From Azolla caroliniana (taxonomy: Eukaryota > Plantae > Polypodiophyta), in the NCBI GenBank assembly GCA_043228905.1, contig JBHGNT010000009.1, positions 7,936,001 through 8,000,000 of the forward strand: a stretch of DNA of 64,000 nt, written 5' to 3'. Both the position numbers and the translations under genes were made by a program. The stretch's first letter is position 1, and the number at the start of each line of letters is the position of its first letter. Positions 60,333 through 64,000 of the stretch are shown here, in pieces. The notes under the pieces are model-generated. The model was not told where the DNA came from. It ran no database searches and worked only from the letters and a program-made list of their open reading frames with translations.

Positions 60333-63300
60333 TGTAGAAAATAACGCGCGGAAGCAAGTATGAAGACAGAACAAAAGGAAGGAAACTCAGGTTCAATGGA
60401 GAGCTTGGGCTTATGCAGTATACGCGGGAGAGACAAAGAGAGAGTGAGAGAGAACACAAGAAATTATATTCAACAATAATACTCAGTCTATACATAAGAC
60501 GTGCTCAATGAACACTTTTATACAAGCCCTAGAAGGACTGACCGAAGTACTGACAGTACTTCAATGCTCATCAAGAGCTCCTACACTAACTCCCAAATAT
60601 ATTCCTCACGGAATATCTTTCCTAACGATCTCCCGGTTTACGCACTCAGCCTAACCGATCGGTCCCAACCGATCCGGTCCTCGGCTTCTTCAGCCGATCC
60701 GGCCGATGTTGAGCTTGTCTCTCAACACTCCCCCTCAAGCTCAACTTGAGGCTCTTCGGGATCTTCACAGCACCGGTTCCTCCTGGCTTCTCGCCTCGCT
60801 CGCGCTCCTCGACCTGTTCGTCTCCGCGTGCTTCGACCCTTCTAGTCGGCTTGTCTGCTCATGTGGCCCACATCAGCTCTTCTATTGTTGCGGTGTTGAC
60901 GCTTCTTCTGCTACCTTTTCTTCCGCTTGGGCCTCGGTTGATTCAGCGTGTCTGAATCAAACATCCGAATCGACTCGGCTACCTCCGATCGGTCTTCGCT
61001 CTCGTCCGAGTTGGCTATCTCCAACTCGTCTTCGGTCTTCTCGCCCTCGATGGCGTCATCTCCCCCATGCGTGGTTGGCTTCGGCTCTCTCCTTTGGTTG
61101 CTCCCCTTCTGTCCGCCTCCGAACTTTTCCGCGGGTCTACCCTCGACTTCTTCAGCCGATCCAAAGTCGAACTCGACAACCGACTCGGTGTCGCGGTCTC
61201 CGCTCCTTTCCTGCTGCCTTGCTTGGTCGTTCGGGACTGTTCTCCCCCTCAAGTTTGGCACATTGAGGTGACGCAACCCGAGTGCACTTGAGAATTGCCG
61301 CAACTTGTCCAAACCAACAGGCTTGGTGAAGATGTCGGCAGTCTGCCGATCCGTCGGAACGTACTAAAGTTCGACTTCACGGGAAAGGACACGCTCACGG
61401 ACGAAATGGTAGTGCACCTCAATGTGCTTGGTCCGCGCGTGGAAGACGGGGTTCTTCGCGAGTTGGATGCTGCTGAGGTTGTCGCAGTAGATCGTCGTTG
61501 GATCGGACACCTCCTCTTGCAGGTCCTTAAGTAGCCGCTTCAACCATATGGCTTCGCATGTCGCGACAGCCACTGCTCGGTACTCAGCTTCGGTGCTCGA
61601 CAGTGCAACTGTTGGCTGCTTCTTACTGCACCACGCGATCGCGGCACTCCCGAGGGAGAACGTGTATCCGGACGTGGATCGACGATCGGCGGCGTTGCCA
61701 GCCCAATCAACATCGGTGTAGCCGACTAACTGCACGGCTGCACCGGTCCGATATAGCAGTCCTCGGTCCTTAGTGCCACTTACATACCGCAGTATGCGTT
61801 GCGCACACTGAAGGTGCTCCTCGGTAGGTCGCGCCATGAACTGACTGATCACTCCGACCGGATAACTGAGGTCGGGTCGGGTGATGGTCAAGTATATGAG
61901 GCTTCCGATCATTTGTCGGAACCTCGTCGGGTCGCATACCTTTCCTGTATCGGGATGAAGCTTGATGGTTCTGTCCATAGGAGTCGAGACGGTCTTATAG
62001 TCGGCCATCCCGAATTTGAAGAGCATACTCAGCACGTAGTGACGTTGGCTGATCAATATGCCTTCGGGGGTACGGATCACTTCGATCCCGAGGAAGTAAT
62101 GAAGGTCCCCCAGATCCTTCATGTTGAACGATGCCGCAAGCTGGAGCTTCACGCGGTCGATTTCACCTAGGTCGGCGCCGGTGATGACCAAGTCATCAAC
62201 ATATAGTAGAATACTAACCGGTCCGAGTCGACCTTTCCGGATGAACAGGGAAGAGTCCGATTTTGACGTGACGAAACCCATCCGACGCAGTTGTTGCGTG
62301 ATCTTCGCGTTCCAAGCACGCGGGGCTTGCTTCAGTCCGTAAAGGGACTTCTTCAGTTGGCATACTGCCGAGGAGTTTGTTCCGAAGTGAAATCCGAGGG
62401 GCTGTACCATGTACACCTGTTCCTCAAGGTCCCCTTGCAGGAACGCATTCTTTACATTCATCTGATGTAAGTGCCACCCCTTGGCCGCGGCTACTGCGAG
62501 CAAAACACGGACGGTCGTCATTTTCGCGACCGGCGCAAACGTCTCATTGTAGTCGATGCCGTGTTTTTGCGCGTAGCCCTTTGCCACTAGCCGAGCCTTG
62601 TACCGGTTGACTGAGCACTCGGTGTTGTACTTGACCTTGTACACCCACCTACACCCGATCGGCTTCACACCCTTCGGTGCGTCAACCAGGTCCTAGGTCT
62701 CGTTCTCCGCCAGTGCGTGCATCTCTTCCTCCATCGCAGCACGCCAATTCGCGTCTTTAGCCGCTTCTGCGTAGCTCTTTGGCTCACGCACTTCCGCTAC
62801 ACGGGTCATGTACGCATAATGATGCGCCATGTACTCGTTGTATCCGAACCGCACAACTGGGTTCTTTTGGCGGGTAGATCGGCGTAATGTCACATTTGCC
62901 GATGTCGAGGCCTTCTCGGTCGACGCGGTCTTCACCTTTAAAGACCTGTCACCGGTTCCCTCGGAGTCGGACTCGCGTCGGTCTGACTTGTTCCTTTCCG
63001 TGTCGGAATCCGACACCTTCTTCTTCCCTTTCTCTTTGCGTGTAAGCCGTCTCCTCGGCTTCCTGCGCGGGGAATGCACGACCAAGTCTCCACTACTCGC
63101 CGGCTCTTCATCGGACTGGTTGTACCGACTCAGTCGTCCAATCGGTCCACTTAACCGGAGTGAAATCGGACTCTCTTCGTGGGTCTCGATTTCGGGCTCA
63201 TCCTGAGGCATCTCGTCCTCATCGTCAGAACTCGTATTGGAGTCGGGGTTCCGAGTCGGGGGTAGGTACCAGGACGCGGATTCGTCAAACACAACGTCGC

Positions 63301-64000
63301 GGCTGACACGCGCTTGTTTGGTGCAAGGGTTATAGCACTTATAACCCTTCTGCTCATCCGAGTAACCGACCAAGATGCATTTCTCGGCCTTTGCGTCCAG
63401 CTTCCTCCTTTTCTCCTTCGGTACATGCACATACGCAATGCTACCGAACACCCTCAAGTGTCGCAAGTTCGGCTTCGTTCCGAAATATAGCTCGTGCGCT
63501 GACACTTTGTCTCCAATCCGGTTTTGGATGTATACCGCGGTCCTTACCGCCTCGGCCCAATAGAACTTGGGCAAGCTCTTCTCCTCCAGCATTGCCCGTG
63601 CCGCTTCCACAACTGACCGATTCTTCCTCTCGGCCACGCCGTTCTGCTCTGGCGTGTATCTACAACTGAATTCGCGCTGAATTCCCATTTGTTGTAGATA
63701 ACCGTTGAATTGATCGGAAAAGTACTCTTTCCCGCCATCCGACCACAGACATTTGATCTTTCGTCCTGTTTCCGTTTCCACGAAACCTTTGAGGTCCCGG
63801 AAACAGTCGAAGACTTCGCTCTTCCTCTCAATGAGGTAGATCCACGTGTGCCGCATGTGGTCGTCGATGAAGGAGACGAAATATCGGCTCCTGCCAAGAC
63901 TAACGTTTTGTGCCGGCCCCCATACATCGGAGTGTATAAGGTCGAGCTTATTCCGGCTCCGGTTTCGCTCGTTTGGGAAGGGAAGTCGGTGTTGCTTCCC
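60333..64000 (-). mobile_element. Ty1/copia retrotransposon, 3' part (integrase-RT-RNase H, PPT, 3' LTR 60333-60727), continuing beyond the window
   Basis: SDGGKEY, YTPEQNGVAERKNR, YKARLVAKGY, LLYVDDL, LSSTEAEY, TKHIEVHYHFVRE; PPT TGAGGGGGAG next to the LTR TG; premature TAG stops at 62693 and 61364. Confidence 0.95.

Noticed and set aside
60706-63927. Plus-strand and alternative-frame ORFs over the copia element
   Set aside because: Expected by chance in GC-rich pol sequence; no independent motifs.

Overview
Eukaryotic, intron-containing land-plant nuclear DNA, most likely a fern (inference: it encodes a DYW:KP/KPAxA-type PPR protein, a clade known from ferns, hornworts and some lycophytes). 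The left 38 kb holds four host genes: a PLS-class PPR-DYW:KP protein (+), HOS15/TBL1 LisH-WD40 (-), urease accessory UreD (-) and thymidine kinase (+). They are interspersed with L1-type LINE remnants, hAT-type non-autonomous elements with 8-bp TSDs and tandem repeats. The right 24 kb is nested transposons: a LINE ORF1 split by a Ty3/gypsy chromovirus, a small deleted LTR element, a solo copia LTR and a copia element. The most notable feature is a 7.9-kb insert (42819-50701) inside the gypsy integrase. It carries a Sola-like DDE transposase head-to-head with a six-exon gene encoding a ParB/Srx-like domain fused to a prokaryote-type beta-class N4C/N6A DNA methyltransferase. Intron 1 of that gene contains eight CpG-rich palindromes. 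This copy is pseudogenised. All calls come from manual reading; no database searches were run.
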